From Candidatus Marinacidobacterales bacterium (GTDB lineage: Bacteria > Acidobacteriota > Vicinamibacteria > Marinacidobacterales > DATDRI01), in assembly GCA_965226495.1 (NCBI GenBank), contig OZ245365.1:4704001-4768000 (forward strand): 64,000 nt of DNA, read 5' to 3'. Below the pieces are notes generated by a model that was given only the letters and a program-made list of their open reading frames with translations, searched no databases and was not told the DNA's origin. The position numbers were made by a program, and so were the translations under genes. Position 1 is the first letter of the stretch, and each line of letters begins with the position of its first letter. Of this stretch, positions 20,316 through 32,192 are shown one piece after another.

Positions 20316-22745
20316 ATGTTCGGAAACAAACCTAGAGAGAGAGCCGAAATCTACGAAACGCTGGCCATGGTCCCGCTACGGGACGTGGTGATCTTTCCTT
20401 ACATGATGATGCCCTTCGTCATCGGGCGCGCTTCCTCGGTGAGGGCCTTGGAGTACTCGCTCGCCCACGACCGTCGTATCTTCCTGGCCGCCCAGCACGA
20501 CGCCACCACCGACGATCCGCAAGCCTCCGACATCTATACCGTAGGGACGATCTCGAACATCGTGCAGTCGGTCAAGCTACCCGATGGCAACATCAAGGTT
20601 CTCGTGGAGGGGCTAGACCGAGGCCGCACGATCGAATGTCGAGAGGAAGAGGGCTTCTTCCAAATCGTCGCCAAGACGATCCCGAAAGTCTCGAAGACCT
20701 CGCCGGAGCTCGAAAGCCTAATGGGCAAGGTGGTCTCGCTCTTCGAGCAATACGTCAAGCTGGCGAATACGGTGCAGGCGGAGGTGAAAAACGCTGCCGT
20801 TCAGGTCGACGACGCCGGCAAGCTCGCCGATACGATCGCCAGCCATCTCCTCCTACCGGTCGAGGAAAAACAGAACCTCCTCGAGACTTGGAACCCGCTC
20901 GAGCGACTGACCCGTATCGCAGGAGTCCTCGAGCAAGAGGTGGACAAGCTTCAGGTGGAACGTCGGCTACAAGGCCGAGTCCGCAAACAAATGGAGCGGG
21001 CGCAAAAAGAGTACTACCTCAACGAGAAAATGAAGGCCATCCAAAAAGAGCTCGGGCGAAAGGACGACAAGTCCAACGAGCTCGACGAGCTCCGCAAGAA
21101 GCTGGCCGCCGCGAAAATGAGCAAGGAGGCCGAGGAGAAGGCGCTTCAGGAGCTCAAGCGGCTCGAGGCAATGCCTCCGATGTCGGCGGAGGCAACCGTA
21201 TCCCGCAACTACCTGGATTGGATGCTCGCCGTTCCCTGGTACAAGCGAACGAGGGAGAGCCGCGATCTGCAGCGGGCAGAGCGAATCCTTGACGAAGACC
21301 ATTACGGGCTGGAGAAGGTCAAGGAACGTGTACTGGAGTTTCTCGCCGTCAGGCAACTGGTACGCAAGCAGAAGGGGCCCATAGTCTGTTTCGTAGGGCC
21401 GCCAGGAGTCGGGAAAACCTCTCTCGCTAAATCGATTGCGAGGGCGACCAATCGCAAGTTCGTTCGACTGTCGCTCGGCGGGGTACGCGACGAGGCGGAA
21501 GTCCGTGGTCACAGGCGCACCTACATCGGAGCCTTCCCCGGCCAGATCATTCAGATGATGAAGAAGGCCGGCACCGTGAACCCACTCATCTTGTTGGATG
21601 AGGTCGACAAGATGAGCATGGATTTCCGCGGTGACCCATCGGCGGCGCTGCTGGAGGTTCTGGACCCAGAACAAAACCACTGCTTCCAAGATCACTATCT
21701 GGACGTCGAGTACGACCTCTCGAACGTGATGTTCATCGCCACCGCCAACGTCCTACACACGATGCCGCAGGCGCTCCACGACCGACTGGAAGTGCTCCGA
21801 CTACCTGGGTACACCGAGGAAGAGAAAGTCGAAATTGCCACGCGGTTTTTGGTGCCCAAACAAATCGAATCCAACGGGCTCAAGAAGAAGGCGGTCACCT
21901 TCCAGGTCGACGCCCTGAAGGAAGTCCTGTCGCGTTACACCCGCGAGGCAGGAGTCCGCAATCTGGAAAGGGAGATCGCATCTATCTGCCGCAAGATCGC
22001 TCGCAAACTGGTCACCGGGGGGACGGATCATCAGCTCGACGTGACTGAAAAATCCATCGCCAACTACCTGGGAATTCCGAAGTTCCGACACCGCAAAAGG
22101 GATGGAAAGAGCGAAATCGGGACGGCTACCGGACTGGCTTGGACCGAGGTCGGAGGAGAGCTCCTCGTCACCGAGGCCTCGCTCATGTTCGGGAAGGGTA
22201 GCTTGACCTTGACTGGCAAGTTGGGCGACGTTATGCAAGAATCTGCTCAAACGGCCCTGTCGTTCATCCGCTCCCGAGCAGAGGAGCTTGGCATTGCAAG
22301 AGATTTCAATCGACGCATCGACGTGCATATCCACGTGCCCGAGGGCGCTATCCCCAAGGATGGCCCCTCGGCGGGAATCACCATGTGCACGGCGCTGGTT
22401 TCTGCTTTGACGAACATCAAGGTTCGGAGTGATGTAGCCATGACCGGCGAGATCACCCTCCGTGGAAAGATCCTCCCGATTGGAGGAGTGAAGGAAAAGC
22501 TCCTCGCTGCGCACCGCGCGGGCATCAACAACATAATCCTCCCCCGGGACAACGAAAAGGACCTGGCCGATATTCCGGAGAACGTACTCAGCCAGTTGAG
22601 TGTAAAGATGGTCGATTCGATGAACGAGGTTTTCGAGACGGCTTTGACGGCTCCGCTTCCGAAACTCGAGGCGGAGGAGGATTCATCTGAACCCGAGCCC
22701 GACAAGCTGGACGAGGGTATCCAAGGCGAATCGATTACGCATTAG
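20316..22745 (+). CDS. lon: Lon protease
   Basis: [17 protein letters not shown]; start inferred. Confidence 0.97.
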   Translation: MFGNKPRERAEIYETLAMVPLRDVVIFPYMMMPFVIGRASSVRALEYSLAHDRRIFLAAQHDATTDDPQASDIYTVGTISNIVQSVKLPDGNIKVLVEGLDRGRTIECREEEGFFQIVAKTIPKVSKTSPELESLMGKVVSLFEQYVKLANTVQAEVKNAAVQVDDAGKLADTIASHLLLPVEEKQNLLETWNPLERLTRIAGVLEQEVDKLQVERRLQGRVRKQMERAQKEYYLNEKMKAIQKELGRKDDKSNELDELRKKLAAAKMSKEAEEKALQELKRLEAMPPMSAEATVSRNYLDWMLAVPWYKRTRESRDLQRAERILDEDHYGLEKVKERVLEFLAVRQLVRKQKGPIVCFVGPPGVGKTSLAKSIARATNRKFVRLSLGGVRDEAEVRGHRRTYIGAFPGQIIQMMKKAGTVNPLILLDEVDKMSMDFRGDPSAALLEVLDPEQNHCFQDHYLDVEYDLSNVMFIATANVLHTMPQALHDRLEVLRLPGYTEEEKVEIATRFLVPKQIESNGLKKKAVTFQVDALKEVLSRYTREAGVRNLEREIASICRKIARKLVTGGTDHQLDVTEKSIANYLGIPKFRHRKRDGKSEIGTATGLAWTEVGGELLVTEASLMFGKGSLTLTGKLGDVMQESAQTALSFIRSRAEELGIARDFNRRIDVHIHVPEGAIPKDGPSAGITMCTALVSALTNIKVRSDVAMTGEITLRGKILPIGGVKEKLLAAHRAGINNIILPRDNEKDLADIPENVLSQLSVKMVDSMNEVFETALTAPLPKLEAEEDSSEPEPDKLDEGIQGESITH

Positions 22746-22969
22746 GATTAGCTGGGGGTGCCCAGACAACGCCAGACAACAGGCGGCAAGGGTACTTCCT
22801 GCAAGACGCTTCCGAAAGAAATTCTTCCCCAGAGGGAAACCAGTAGTGGGCGTAACGAGGCTCCCCGCGCAATGTGAACGCGGGCCTCACCACTGTCGAA
22901 GTAACCAATCATATTAGGAGTCAATCAGCTGGCAACGGTGAGAGTCGCACCGGAGAGAACTTATGCATC

Positions 22970-23584
22970 ATGACCAAGCTGCCGCGTGCCGAGTTTATTC
23001 TGAGTGCCGCGGCGCCCTCCGATTTCCCCGCCGATGGGCTTCCGGAAGTAGCCGTGGTCGGAAGGTCGAATGTAGGAAAGTCGAGTCTGCTCAATCAGCT
23101 CGCAGGCATCAAGAAACTGGCGGCGGTATCGCGGACTCCCGGCCGGACCCAGCTCATCAATTTTTTTCGCGTCGAGGAGCGTTTCTATCTGGTCGACCTG
23201 CCCGGCTATGGTTTTGCGCGCGTCCCAGTCGCCGTGCGACGTCGCTGGGAGGCTCTCGTCAGCGAGTACCTCTTCGAGCGGAGCGAGCTTCGACTGGTCC
23301 TGCTCCTCGTCGACGCCCGCCGGGAGCCGATGGCCAACGACCAGCAGGTATTGGAGCTCCTAAATAACAGCGGAATGTCCTATGCTCTCATTGCAACCAA
23401 GTCAGACAAACTCTCCCGAGCGGCAATGGCTAGACAAAGGGCCCGGCTCCATTCGGCCTTTGTTGCGAACGGGGAGATTCCCTTCATCACCTTTTCCGCT
23501 GTTACGGGGGAAGGAAGGAAACAAATATGGAACGTGATCGAGAAACAAGCACAAGCGCCGAAACGCCGACCGAGAACGAAGTAA
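22970..23584 (+). CDS. engB: GTPase EngB/YihA
   Basis: [19 protein letters not shown]. Confidence 0.93.
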   Translation: MTKLPRAEFILSAAAPSDFPADGLPEVAVVGRSNVGKSSLLNQLAGIKKLAAVSRTPGRTQLINFFRVEERFYLVDLPGYGFARVPVAVRRRWEALVSEYLFERSELRLVLLLVDARREPMANDQQVLELLNNSGMSYALIATKSDKLSRAAMARQRARLHSAFVANGEIPFITFSAVTGEGRKQIWNVIEKQAQAPKRRPRTK

Positions 23585-24903
23585 CCGAGAAGGCGCCGCG
23601 TAGCGAAACAGCTGAAAAACCCTCGCGGAGCGATGGGAAGGCAAAAACCCTCAACATCGCCGAGCTGAAGGATATGAATATTTCAACTCTAACGAAGGTG
23701 GCCAAGGACCTCAGCGTCGCCGGTGCGACCGGGATGCGCAAGCAAGAACTCATCTTCAAAATCCTGCAAGCGCAAACCGAGCAAAGCGGACTCATATTCT
23801 CCGAGGGCGTATTGGAATGCTTACCCGACGGCTTTGGGTTCCTGCGCGCCCCTGAGTACAACTATCTGCCTGGTCCTGATGACATCTACGTCTCGCCATC
23901 GCAGATACGAAAATTCGATCTACGTACTGGAGATACGATTTCGGGTCAGATCCGACCACCGAAGGAAGGCGAGCGCTACTTCGCGCTCATCAAGGTGGAG
24001 GCGGTCAATTTCGAGTCGCCCGAAGCCTCCCGTGAGCGGATCTTCTTCGACAACCTGACTCCTCTCTATCCGCAGGAGCGGATCCAGTTGGAGACATCGA
24101 AGGACAACCTGTCCGCGCGGGTGATGGACCTGATGACCCCGGTCGGAAAGGGACAACGCGGACTCATCGTCGCGGCCCCGCGTACCGGCAAGACGATGCT
24201 GCTGCAGAACATGGCCAACAGCATTACCACCAACCAGCCGGAAGTCATCCTCATCGTCCTGCTGATCGACGAGCGCCCGGAAGAAGTCACCGACATGCAG
24301 CGTTCGGTGCAGGGCGAGGTCATCAGCTCGACTTTCGACGAGCCGGCCTCTCGCCACGTGCAGGTCGCGGAAATGGTTATGGAGAAGGCGAAACGACTGA
24401 TCGAGCACAAACGGGACGTCGTTATATTGCTCGACTCGATAACGCGCCTCGCCCGCGCCTACAACACCGTGGTGCCACCCTCCGGAAAGGTGCTCTCCGG
24501 CGGTGTGGACAGTAACGCCTTGCAACGACCGAAGCGGTTCTTCGGCGCGGCCCGAAATATAGAAGAGGGCGGTTCGCTCACCATTATCGCCACCGCTCTC
24601 ATCGAGACCGGCAGCAGGATGGACGACGTCATCTTCGAGGAATTCAAGGGTACCGGCAACATGGAGATCCACCTCGACCGCAAGCTGGTCGACAAACGCG
24701 TTTTCCCGTCGATAGACATCAACAAGAGCGGCACTCGGAAGGAAGAGTTGCTCCTGGCCAAGGACGAGATCAACCGTGTTTTGATCTTGCGCAAAGTGCT
24801 CTCGCCCCTATCACCGGTGGAGGCCATGGAGCTGCTGTTGGACAAGATGAACAAGACAAAGAGCAACTCCGAGTTCCTCGCCTCGATGTCGGGCCAGCCT
24901 TAG
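23527..24903 (+). CDS. rho: Transcription termination factor Rho
   Basis: DGFGFLR, GKGQR, DERPEE. Confidence 0.97.
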   Translation: MERDRETSTSAETPTENEVTEKAPRSETAEKPSRSDGKAKTLNIAELKDMNISTLTKVAKDLSVAGATGMRKQELIFKILQAQTEQSGLIFSEGVLECLPDGFGFLRAPEYNYLPGPDDIYVSPSQIRKFDLRTGDTISGQIRPPKEGERYFALIKVEAVNFESPEASRERIFFDNLTPLYPQERIQLETSKDNLSARVMDLMTPVGKGQRGLIVAAPRTGKTMLLQNMANSITTNQPEVILIVLLIDERPEEVTDMQRSVQGEVISSTFDEPASRHVQVAEMVMEKAKRLIEHKRDVVILLDSITRLARAYNTVVPPSGKVLSGGVDSNALQRPKRFFGAARNIEEGGSLTIIATALIETGSRMDDVIFEEFKGTGNMEIHLDRKLVDKRVFPSIDINKSGTRKEELLLAKDEINRVLILRKVLSPLSPVEAMELLLDKMNKTKSNSEFLASMSGQP

Positions 24904-25010
24904 TGCCGTAGCCAAAATCACCGCTGTGGCCGCTCTGACGGTCCCGTCACGCTGTAGCCGGCGGACAAGCTGAGCTATAATAGCTTCCCCAGTTTCACTA
25001 CCGAGGAGTA

Positions 25011-25310
25011 ATGGATATGAAAGAAGGGATTCATCCGAAGTACGAAACAGTGACAGTAAATTGTGCTTGCGGAGAGACTTTTCAGACCCGCACTACCAAG
25101 GGCAGCGCCATCAAGCTGGAGATCTGCTCCAAATGCCATCCTTTTTTCACTGGCAAGCAGAAGCTGATCGACTCGGCCGGGCGCATCGAGCGGTTCAACC
25201 GAAAGTTCGGAAAGCGGAAGCCCGCTGCGCAGGCGACGCCTCCGACGGAGTCAGAACCCGCCCCTGATACAACCGACACCCCGACTACTTCTGAGTCCGC
25301 TGGATCCTAA
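25011..25310 (+). CDS. rpmE: 50S ribosomal protein L31 (Zn-binding type)
   Basis: [21 protein letters not shown]. Confidence 0.95.
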   Translation: MDMKEGIHPKYETVTVNCACGETFQTRTTKGSAIKLEICSKCHPFFTGKQKLIDSAGRIERFNRKFGKRKPAAQATPPTESEPAPDTTDTPTTSESAGS

Positions 25311-25332
25311 AGCCCCAGACCCCCGCAGTCCC

Positions 25333-26427
25333 ATGCTTGATCTTCAATCCAAGCTCGATTCGCTGGAGGAGCGGTACGAACAGATAACCGCTGAACTCGG
25401 AAAACCCGAGGTCGCATCCGACCCCGCGGTCTATCAGAAAACGGCGAAAGCGAGAGCGGAGCTCGAGCCCGTAGTGAGCAAGTACCGAGAGCTGAAATCG
25501 GTACTGAACCAACTCAACGGCGCCCGGGAGATGATCAATGAAGGCGAGGACCAAGAGCTCAAGGCTTTGGCCCAGGAAGAGTTGGAACAGCTCGAGACCG
25601 AAAGGGAGCGTTTGACGGAGGAGGTGAAGCTCCTGCTTCTTCCGAAGGATCCCAACGACGATCGCAACGTCATCGTCGAGATCCGAGCCGGAACGGGAGG
25701 CAATGAAGCTGCACTCTTCGCTCAGGAAATCTACCGGATGTACTCGCGCTACGCAGAGCAAAAGGGTTGGCGAGTGGAAGTGATCAACGCGAACCCCACC
25801 GGCATCGGCGGATTGAAAGAGATCGTGGCAGTCATCGAAGGCAAGGGCGCCTATAGCCGACTCAAGTACGAAAGCGGCGTGCACCGCGTGCAGCGGGTAC
25901 CGGTGACGGAGGCTTCTGGTCGCATTCACACCTCCGCGATCACAGTTGCTGTATTGCCGGAAGCCAAGGACGTCGAGGTCCAGATCGAGCCCAAGGATAT
26001 TCGTATCGACACTTTTTGTTCCTCCGGTCCCGGAGGACAGAGCGTCAATACCACCTATTCGGCGGTCCGGATCACTCACATCGCGACCGGCCTCGTCGTG
26101 TCGTGCCAGGACGAAAAATCGCAAATCAAGAACAAAGCGAAGGCGATGCGCGTTCTTCGCTCGCGGCTGTACGATTTGGCTCTCCACGAGCAGCAAGAGA
26201 AAATCGCCCGCGAGAGGAAGGGGCAGATCGGCTCCGGCGATCGAAGCGAGAAGATCCGGACCTACAATTTCCATCAGACACGGGTCACGGACCACCGCAT
26301 CAACTTGACGCTGCATCGCCTGGACGTGATTCTCGATGGTGATCTAGAAGAGATCATCGACAGGCTCGCCACGCACTTCCAAGCCGAAAAACTCAAGGAG
26401 GCGGAGGCCACTCCCGTACAACCGTGA
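25333..26427 (+). CDS. prfA: Peptide chain release factor 1
   Basis: PVT specificity motif, GGQ. Confidence 0.97.
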   Translation: MLDLQSKLDSLEERYEQITAELGKPEVASDPAVYQKTAKARAELEPVVSKYRELKSVLNQLNGAREMINEGEDQELKALAQEELEQLETERERLTEEVKLLLLPKDPNDDRNVIVEIRAGTGGNEAALFAQEIYRMYSRYAEQKGWRVEVINANPTGIGGLKEIVAVIEGKGAYSRLKYESGVHRVQRVPVTEASGRIHTSAITVAVLPEAKDVEVQIEPKDIRIDTFCSSGPGGQSVNTTYSAVRITHIATGLVVSCQDEKSQIKNKAKAMRVLRSRLYDLALHEQQEKIARERKGQIGSGDRSEKIRTYNFHQTRVTDHRINLTLHRLDVILDGDLEEIIDRLATHFQAEKLKEAEATPVQP

Positions 26428-27296
26428 GCACGGCTTCTCCTAGTGCGCGGAGGCTTCTCGAGCGGGGAACGCAGGAGCTGGAACAGGCCGGCGTAGACCG
26501 GAGCCGCTGGGAGGCCGAGGTTCTCCTTCGACAAGCGATCGGTTGCTCTCGCGAAGCTCTTCTCGCCGATCTCGCCGAGCCGGTAGAAGCGGAAGCGGCG
26601 GGTTACTTCTTTCAACTCGTCGACCGGCGGCGGGGGCGCGTTCCCCTGCAATACCTCCTGGGCACCCAGGAGTTTTGGGGTCTCGAGTTCCTGGTAACGC
26701 CTGCCGTCTTCATTCCCCGTCCGGAAACCGAAGGCCTGGTCGAGGAAACTATCGCTCGACTCGGTGACCGCTCCGCACGGGTGGCCGACGTAGGATGTGG
26801 AAGTGGCTGTGTGGCTGTTTCGATCGCATCTGCTCTTCCCAACAGTCGGGTCTACGCGACCGAAATCTCCCCCGCCGCACTTGCGGTGGCCCGAGAGAAC
26901 GCAAACCGACACGGAGTGAATTCACGCATCGATTTCCTCCAAGGCGATTTCTTGGCTCCGCTCCTGGACGAGTCGACACCGCCCGTCTTGGACATGGTCG
27001 TTTCGAATCCACCGTACGTTCCGGAGGTCGACCTAGCCGGGCTTCAACCCGAGGTCAAAGAGCACGAGCCTCGAGTCGCACTGGCGGCAGGACCGGACGG
27101 ACTCGACGCGATGCGTCGCCTGCTGCCTCAGGCAAAATCGCTTCTGGCTCCGGGAGGCCTCGTGCTGCTCGAAATCGGGATGGGTATGGAGCAACGGGTC
27201 AAAAACCTCATTGCCGAGACCGGTCTGGTCTGGGAAAAGACGGTTCCGGATCTGCAGGGGTTTCCGCGCATTGTGGTTGCCGTGAAAGAACATTGA
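26424..27296 (+). CDS. prmC: Release factor Gln methyltransferase
   Basis: [20 protein letters not shown]; follows prfA. Confidence 0.95.
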   Translation: MSTASPSARRLLERGTQELEQAGVDRSRWEAEVLLRQAIGCSREALLADLAEPVEAEAAGYFFQLVDRRRGRVPLQYLLGTQEFWGLEFLVTPAVFIPRPETEGLVEETIARLGDRSARVADVGCGSGCVAVSIASALPNSRVYATEISPAALAVARENANRHGVNSRIDFLQGDFLAPLLDESTPPVLDMVVSNPPYVPEVDLAGLQPEVKEHEPRVALAAGPDGLDAMRRLLPQAKSLLAPGGLVLLEIGMGMEQRVKNLIAETGLVWEKTVPDLQGFPRIVVAVKEH

Positions 27297-27329
27297 GGGA
27301 CCCCTCAGGCTTCACTCAGCGCTCGCGGG

Positions 27330-27465
27330 GACGCAATTCCTCAGTCGCACGGGGCCCCACCCCCATGCTCGTCGCTTCGGCAGCCAGCGCCTGCGCGACG
27401 GCTGAAGGCTCCCCCCACTCGCTGCTCGCTTCGCGACTCACTTCGTTCGCGCTCCGCTCGGGCTC
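27330..27465 (-). repeat. Dispersed GC-rich REP-like element, copy 1
   Basis: Reverse complement contains CCCGAGCG, GAGCCTTCAGCCGTCGCGCAG and GGGGGTGGGGCCCC modules shared with the 40 kb and 58 kb copies. Confidence 0.65.
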
Positions 27466-27511
27466 AGGGCTGTCCCTCTCCGCGCAGGACGGCAAGCATA
27501 GACTCTAATCT

Positions 27512-28765
27512 ATGGATAAGCTGCGGATCACGGGGGGGCGTAAGCTCTCCGGTCGCGTCGAAATAAGCGGCGCCAAGAACGCTTCGCTTCCCGCCATGGC
27601 GGCGAGCCTACTCACCGACCAAACCGTGGAGCTCGAGAACGTGCCGGAGGTCTGGGACGCATCCACCATGCGGCGTCTACTTTCCGAACTGGGGGCCGAG
27701 GCTGACCACAGCTCACCCCATCGAATGAAGATATCTGTTCCTTCCGTTAGGTCGTTCGAAGCTCCGTACGAATTGGTCAAGACCATGCGGGCCTCCGTGT
27801 TGGTTCTCGGGCCTCTGGTGGCCCGCCACGGGCGTGCACGCGTATCTCTTCCGGGAGGGTGTGCGATCGGTGCGCGGCCTATCGACTTACACCTTAAGGC
27901 CCTCGAGAAGCTCGGAGCGGAAGTCAGGATCGAGCACGGATTCGTCGACGTCACAACGGATGGTCTCCGTGGCGCCGAGATTTACTTCGATAACGTAACG
28001 GTGACCGGGACGGAGAACATTCTCATGGCCGCGTGTTTGGCGAGAGGAGAGACGACCCTCGCCAACTGTGCGCAAGAGCCCGAGGTCGTCGACCTAGCTA
28101 AGCTCCTCGTTGAAATGGGCGCTCGCATCGACGGCGCAGGCACCCAAACGATCCGAGTGTCGGGCGTGGAACGTCTCACGGGAGCGAAGCATCGCATCAT
28201 TCCCGATCGAATCGAAGCCGGGACGTTTCTCACCGCCGGAGCTTTGGTTGGTGGCGAAATGGAGATCGCCCACTGCGAGCCCAATCACTTGACGGCAATT
28301 CTGGAAAAACTGGACGAGATCGGAACCGAGATCGAAGTAGAAGAGGATCTCATTCGATTGCGATCGGGCAGCTTGAAGGCCGCCAATCTGCGAACACTTC
28401 CCTACCCGGGTTTCCCTACCGACATGCAGGCCCAATTCATGACCTTGCTCACGCATGCCGAAGGGACGAGTTTCATCGCTGAAACTATCTTCGAGAACCG
28501 ATTCATGCACGTTGCAGAGCTGATTCGAATGGGCGCCGACATCCGACTGGATGGCCACACCGCGGTCGTCAGGGGTTCCACACCACTTTCCGGTGCTCGA
28601 GTCATGGCAACCGATCTAAGAGCCAGCGCTTGTTTGGTCCTAGCGGGGTTGGCCGCTCACGGTCAAACGGTCATCGATCGTGTTTACCACTTGGACCGTG
28701 GTTACGAGCACATCGAAGCGAAGCTCCTCGGACTGGGCGCTGAGATCGAACGCTTGAAGAAGTAG
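27512..28765 (+). CDS. murA: UDP-GlcNAc enolpyruvyl transferase
   Basis: GAKNA, LPGGCAIGARP, PGFPTDMQ. Confidence 0.97.
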   Translation: MDKLRITGGRKLSGRVEISGAKNASLPAMAASLLTDQTVELENVPEVWDASTMRRLLSELGAEADHSSPHRMKISVPSVRSFEAPYELVKTMRASVLVLGPLVARHGRARVSLPGGCAIGARPIDLHLKALEKLGAEVRIEHGFVDVTTDGLRGAEIYFDNVTVTGTENILMAACLARGETTLANCAQEPEVVDLAKLLVEMGARIDGAGTQTIRVSGVERLTGAKHRIIPDRIEAGTFLTAGALVGGEMEIAHCEPNHLTAILEKLDEIGTEIEVEEDLIRLRSGSLKAANLRTLPYPGFPTDMQAQFMTLLTHAEGTSFIAETIFENRFMHVAELIRMGADIRLDGHTAVVRGSTPLSGARVMATDLRASACLVLAGLAAHGQTVIDRVYHLDRGYEHIEAKLLGLGAEIERLKK

Positions 28766-28881
28766 GCCGCCTTGCCACATCCGGCTAATGCAACCACGTG
28801 CTCTTCATCTTGGGCTCTCAGCAGCGCTGCGTCCACGACTACATCTCAAGGTGGTCCAAGCCTAGGACCTCAGGAAGCCAA

Positions 28882-29750
28882 CTAGTTCCGCTTGTCCGGC
28901 ACCGGAGGGACCGGTGGTGTTGGCTCGAGAAGATCGAAAGGCTCCACGGGCTCGACAGGCTCGACAGGCTGCATGGGGAGGACGGGGCGAGCCATGAAAT
29001 CGTGCACGCTTCCCAGATGCGCCAGGCTACGGACGGCTTCGAGCCTGAGGCTTGCTTCGGGATCCGACCCCGCAATCTCCTTCAGCGAAATCCCTCCTTC
29101 AGCTTTGGCGGTGTTCGGACTCACTGTCTTTGCGCCAGTTTCTTGGCCTTGGAATGGAAGAGCGAACGCCGAACGCGCCGGCTGTTCCCGCTCATCCCTA
29201 GCGCATGGATAACAGACTTCTTGAGATCCGTCTCATCAATCTCAATAGAGGCGTCATAGATGTCCAGCAAAGCGTCGACCCCTCGATCGCCGGCGGTGTT
29301 AGCCAAGGTGCCGACCGCCGCCTGCTGCAGCTCCGGATTCCCACTGGTGATCGCGATCTCCCGCAGTTTGGTGATGGCTCCATCTGTGGGCTCCGAGAAG
29401 ATGCCGATGCTCGCGATCAGCGCCCTTTGGAGTCGTGGATCCTGCAAGGAGTCGTAGAGGGCGATCAAGGCGTCCATGGCTTTATCGCTTCCCATTAGTC
29501 CAATAGCACCGAACGCAGCTTCTCGAACTTCCGGATCCGAATCATTCTGAGCAATCTCGAGCATCAGCTCGATGAGCTCGTCTTCACTGATAGGTGGTTG
29601 CTCGGGTTGAGGTCTTCCGCGCATGGCCATGGCATGGGCACGCTCGACCTGGTGGGCTTGCCGCTCGAGCTCCCGCTGTTGTTGCGCGAGGGCCTGCTGT
29701 TGTCTTGTCACCTGGCGCTCGATCGCTTGCGATCGCCGAGACGCTGAATT
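28882..29750 (-). pseudogene. HEAT-repeat protein remnant (5'-truncated, frameshifted)
   Basis: DSDPEVREAAFGAIG-type repeats split over ORFs 29121-29711 and 28882-29124; Pro-rich PVE tail. Confidence 0.65.
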
Positions 29751-29777
29751 GTTATGACGAGAATGCTGTGATACGGG

Positions 29778-30065
29778 TCATGTTTTCACTGGCAGACCCT
29801 TGGCCTGAAGTAGTCGTGTGAGCTTCTCACGAACGTCCACTGGTTTCCCAACGGTTCCGCTGGGGCTGAGTCCCATAGGGTTGATCGCTGAGCTGACCCG
29901 CCAGCCGTCTGCCTCCCATGTGAGCACGACTCGCCCCAGTAACTCCAAACCGACCTCCACAAATGCCTCATACCAAACGGATGTGTCGGCAGGCTTTCTG
30001 TCTGGAGGCATCCACTTGACGACTAGGCCAAAGGGGAATGGGGCTTCTCCGGAACGCTCGGACAT
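29778..30065 (-). CDS. Hypothetical protein
   Basis: About 95 aa ORF with protein-like composition; no family recognised. Confidence 0.4.
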   Translation of the reverse strand: MSERSGEAPFPFGLVVKWMPPDRKPADTSVWYEAFVEVGLELLGRVVLTWEADGWRVSSAINPMGLSPSGTVGKPVDVREKLTRLLQAKGLPVKT

Positions 30066-30654
30066 TATCGAACTCAGTGCAAGCCCCAACTGTCCTGCAT
30101 CATGCTAGTGGTCCATATAGTAGGACTGCCTCATCCCTACCTCAAGTATCAATGCGGGTCGCGCTAGGTAGGATCACGTTTGCGCCTCACCTAGCGGGGC
30201 TAGAATCGGTCTCCGGGGCGGAGATGAGCGCGTAGAGCTGTCGCGGCAACGCTTATGGTGCTCATTGGTAAACAATGAGCCCACTTCTTTGACATGAAGC
30301 TCATCCAACGCGCGGCCAGTACATAACTCGGGCGGTGCGAGAAGTCTCTTCTGGATTGGCTAAGCGGATGGCGAGCAGGCTTTCGCAAGTGCTTCGCAAG
30401 GTCATCAAGTAATCCGTTCGGCGATATTAATGATGCCGGCCCCTTCCGAACTGTTTCCCCTCTGCTTCCCCAAGCGACGTAGAGTCAGACAAGCCTTTTG
30501 AATCCACAAACTTAAGGACTCTGTCAACTATAAATTTAATACTTCGAGGGGTCCGAGCCCGGTCTCGGTGGCGCTTGAGACATGGTAGGATGCGAACGGC
30601 CTCCACGGGTTGACTCGCGCGGAGAGCCAAAACCTGTAGGGACAAGGGATTGCC

Positions 30655-32112
30655 ATGATCTACCTTTGGGTCGTTGGCCTGTATCTGGTTTTCCTGATTG
30701 CGGTTAGTGTATTCCGGAGTCGCGCCGTCAAGACGCAGGACGACTTCATGGTGGCGGGGCGCAACGTGCCCTGGCACCTCTTGGTGGGAACGCTGGTCTG
30801 CACCTGGATCGGATCGGGAAGCCTGTTCGGAGGAGCCGGACGCGCGTTTCGTGAAGGCTTTTCCGCGCTCTGGATAAGCGCAGGCGCCTGGGTCGGGATC
30901 GTCATCGTCTATTTCCTCGCAGGACGGGTTAGACGGATCGCCCAATACACCGTGCCCGACATCTTGGAAATGCGCTACCACCCAGCGGCGCGGCTTCTGG
31001 GAACCTTGGCCATCATCATCGCCTACCTGACCATCGCCAGTTATCAGTTCATCGGCGGGGGAAGACTCCTCAGCATTTTGAATCCCGACATCGATCCGGC
31101 GGCCGGGAAGGCGATCATCTGCCTCCTCGTCGTCCTCTACACGGTCATGGCGGGAATGATGTCGATCGTGGCCGTCGACGTCTTCAACGGGGTCATCATT
31201 CTCGTGAGCATCCTCATCGCTGCGCCGCTCGCGTTGGAGGGGGCCGGTGGATGGACCCAGCTTACCAACACCTTGCCGGATACCCACTTCACGACTTTCG
31301 GTAGGCTCGGCATTCTTCCCGCGTTCGGGCTCTTCCTCCCTGCGATGCTGCTCTTGTTGGGCGAGAGCAGCATGTATCAGAAGTTCTTCTCTGCGAAGAA
31401 CGAAGCTTCCGCGCGCAAGGCAGTCATCGGCATGATCCTGGGCGTCGTCTTGGTGGAAGTCTTGCTCGTCAGCACTGCCGTTTTCGGCGCCGGGATGTAC
31501 TGGAACGATCCCGCGATGGTCGGAGCGGGAGCAACCTTTTCTCCCGCACAGCAGAAGGCGTCCGAGACCATTCTCTTGACGTTGGCTCGCTTCAATCTGC
31601 CACTCATCGCCGGTTGTCTGCTGCTAGCGGGGGCCGTCGCTATCGTGTTCTCGACCGCCAACACCTTTCTCATGGTGCCTTCGACGAATCTGGCTCGCGA
31701 TGTCTATCAGCGTTTCGTGAATCCCAACGTGAGTGAAAAACGCATCATCCTGTTCCAGCGGGTGATGATCGTCGCTTTGGCATTAGTTGCCTATGTCGTG
31801 TCTTCGTTCTTCGTGAGCATTCTGGACATGGCCCTTTACGCCTACACCATGGTGGGAGCCGCCGTGACACCGGCGCTACTTGCCGCCTTCCTATGGAAGC
31901 GCGTGACGCCGGCCGGCGGCGTGGCGTCCATCGCCGCGGGTATGCTGGTAACGATCGTTTTCGGGCTATTGAATACGCTCGGCGTAACAGAATTAGATTA
32001 CGACTACATTATTTACCCGGCAGGAGGGGCGTCCCTCTTTTTCCTGATCGGGGTGAGCCTGCTCACACCACCCTCACCCGAAGAGAAGTGGAAGCCGTTC
32101 ATGAACCAATAG
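30655..32112 (+). CDS. Sodium:solute symporter family permease
   Basis: DDFMVAGR, TWIGSGS, about 13 TM segments. Confidence 0.9.
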   Translation: MIYLWVVGLYLVFLIAVSVFRSRAVKTQDDFMVAGRNVPWHLLVGTLVCTWIGSGSLFGGAGRAFREGFSALWISAGAWVGIVIVYFLAGRVRRIAQYTVPDILEMRYHPAARLLGTLAIIIAYLTIASYQFIGGGRLLSILNPDIDPAAGKAIICLLVVLYTVMAGMMSIVAVDVFNGVIILVSILIAAPLALEGAGGWTQLTNTLPDTHFTTFGRLGILPAFGLFLPAMLLLLGESSMYQKFFSAKNEASARKAVIGMILGVVLVEVLLVSTAVFGAGMYWNDPAMVGAGATFSPAQQKASETILLTLARFNLPLIAGCLLLAGAVAIVFSTANTFLMVPSTNLARDVYQRFVNPNVSEKRIILFQRVMIVALALVAYVVSSFFVSILDMALYAYTMVGAAVTPALLAAFLWKRVTPAGGVASIAAGMLVTIVFGLLNTLGVTELDYDYIIYPAGGASLFFLIGVSLLTPPSPEEKWKPFMNQ

Positions 32113-32132
32113 AAGATTCTTAGTCCTTTAAC

Positions 32133-32166
32133 CCCTCTCCCTCTGGGAGAGGGCCTGCGTGAGGGT
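32133..32166 (+). repeat. REP-type palindrome
   Basis: CCCTCTCCC-TCT-GGGAGAGGG followed by GTGAGGGT. Confidence 0.6.
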
Positions 32167-32192
32167 ATGAGGCTAAGGGTAGGAGGACAATC

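Noticed and set aside
25285-26316. 343-aa minus-strand ORF and other long antisense or alternate-frame ORFs
   Set aside because: Shadows of well-supported genes (here prfA), expected at this GC content.
30090-30654. Riboswitch upstream of the SSS permease
   Set aside because: Long spacer with a few short hairpins but no recognisable aptamer consensus; an Rfam scan would settle it.
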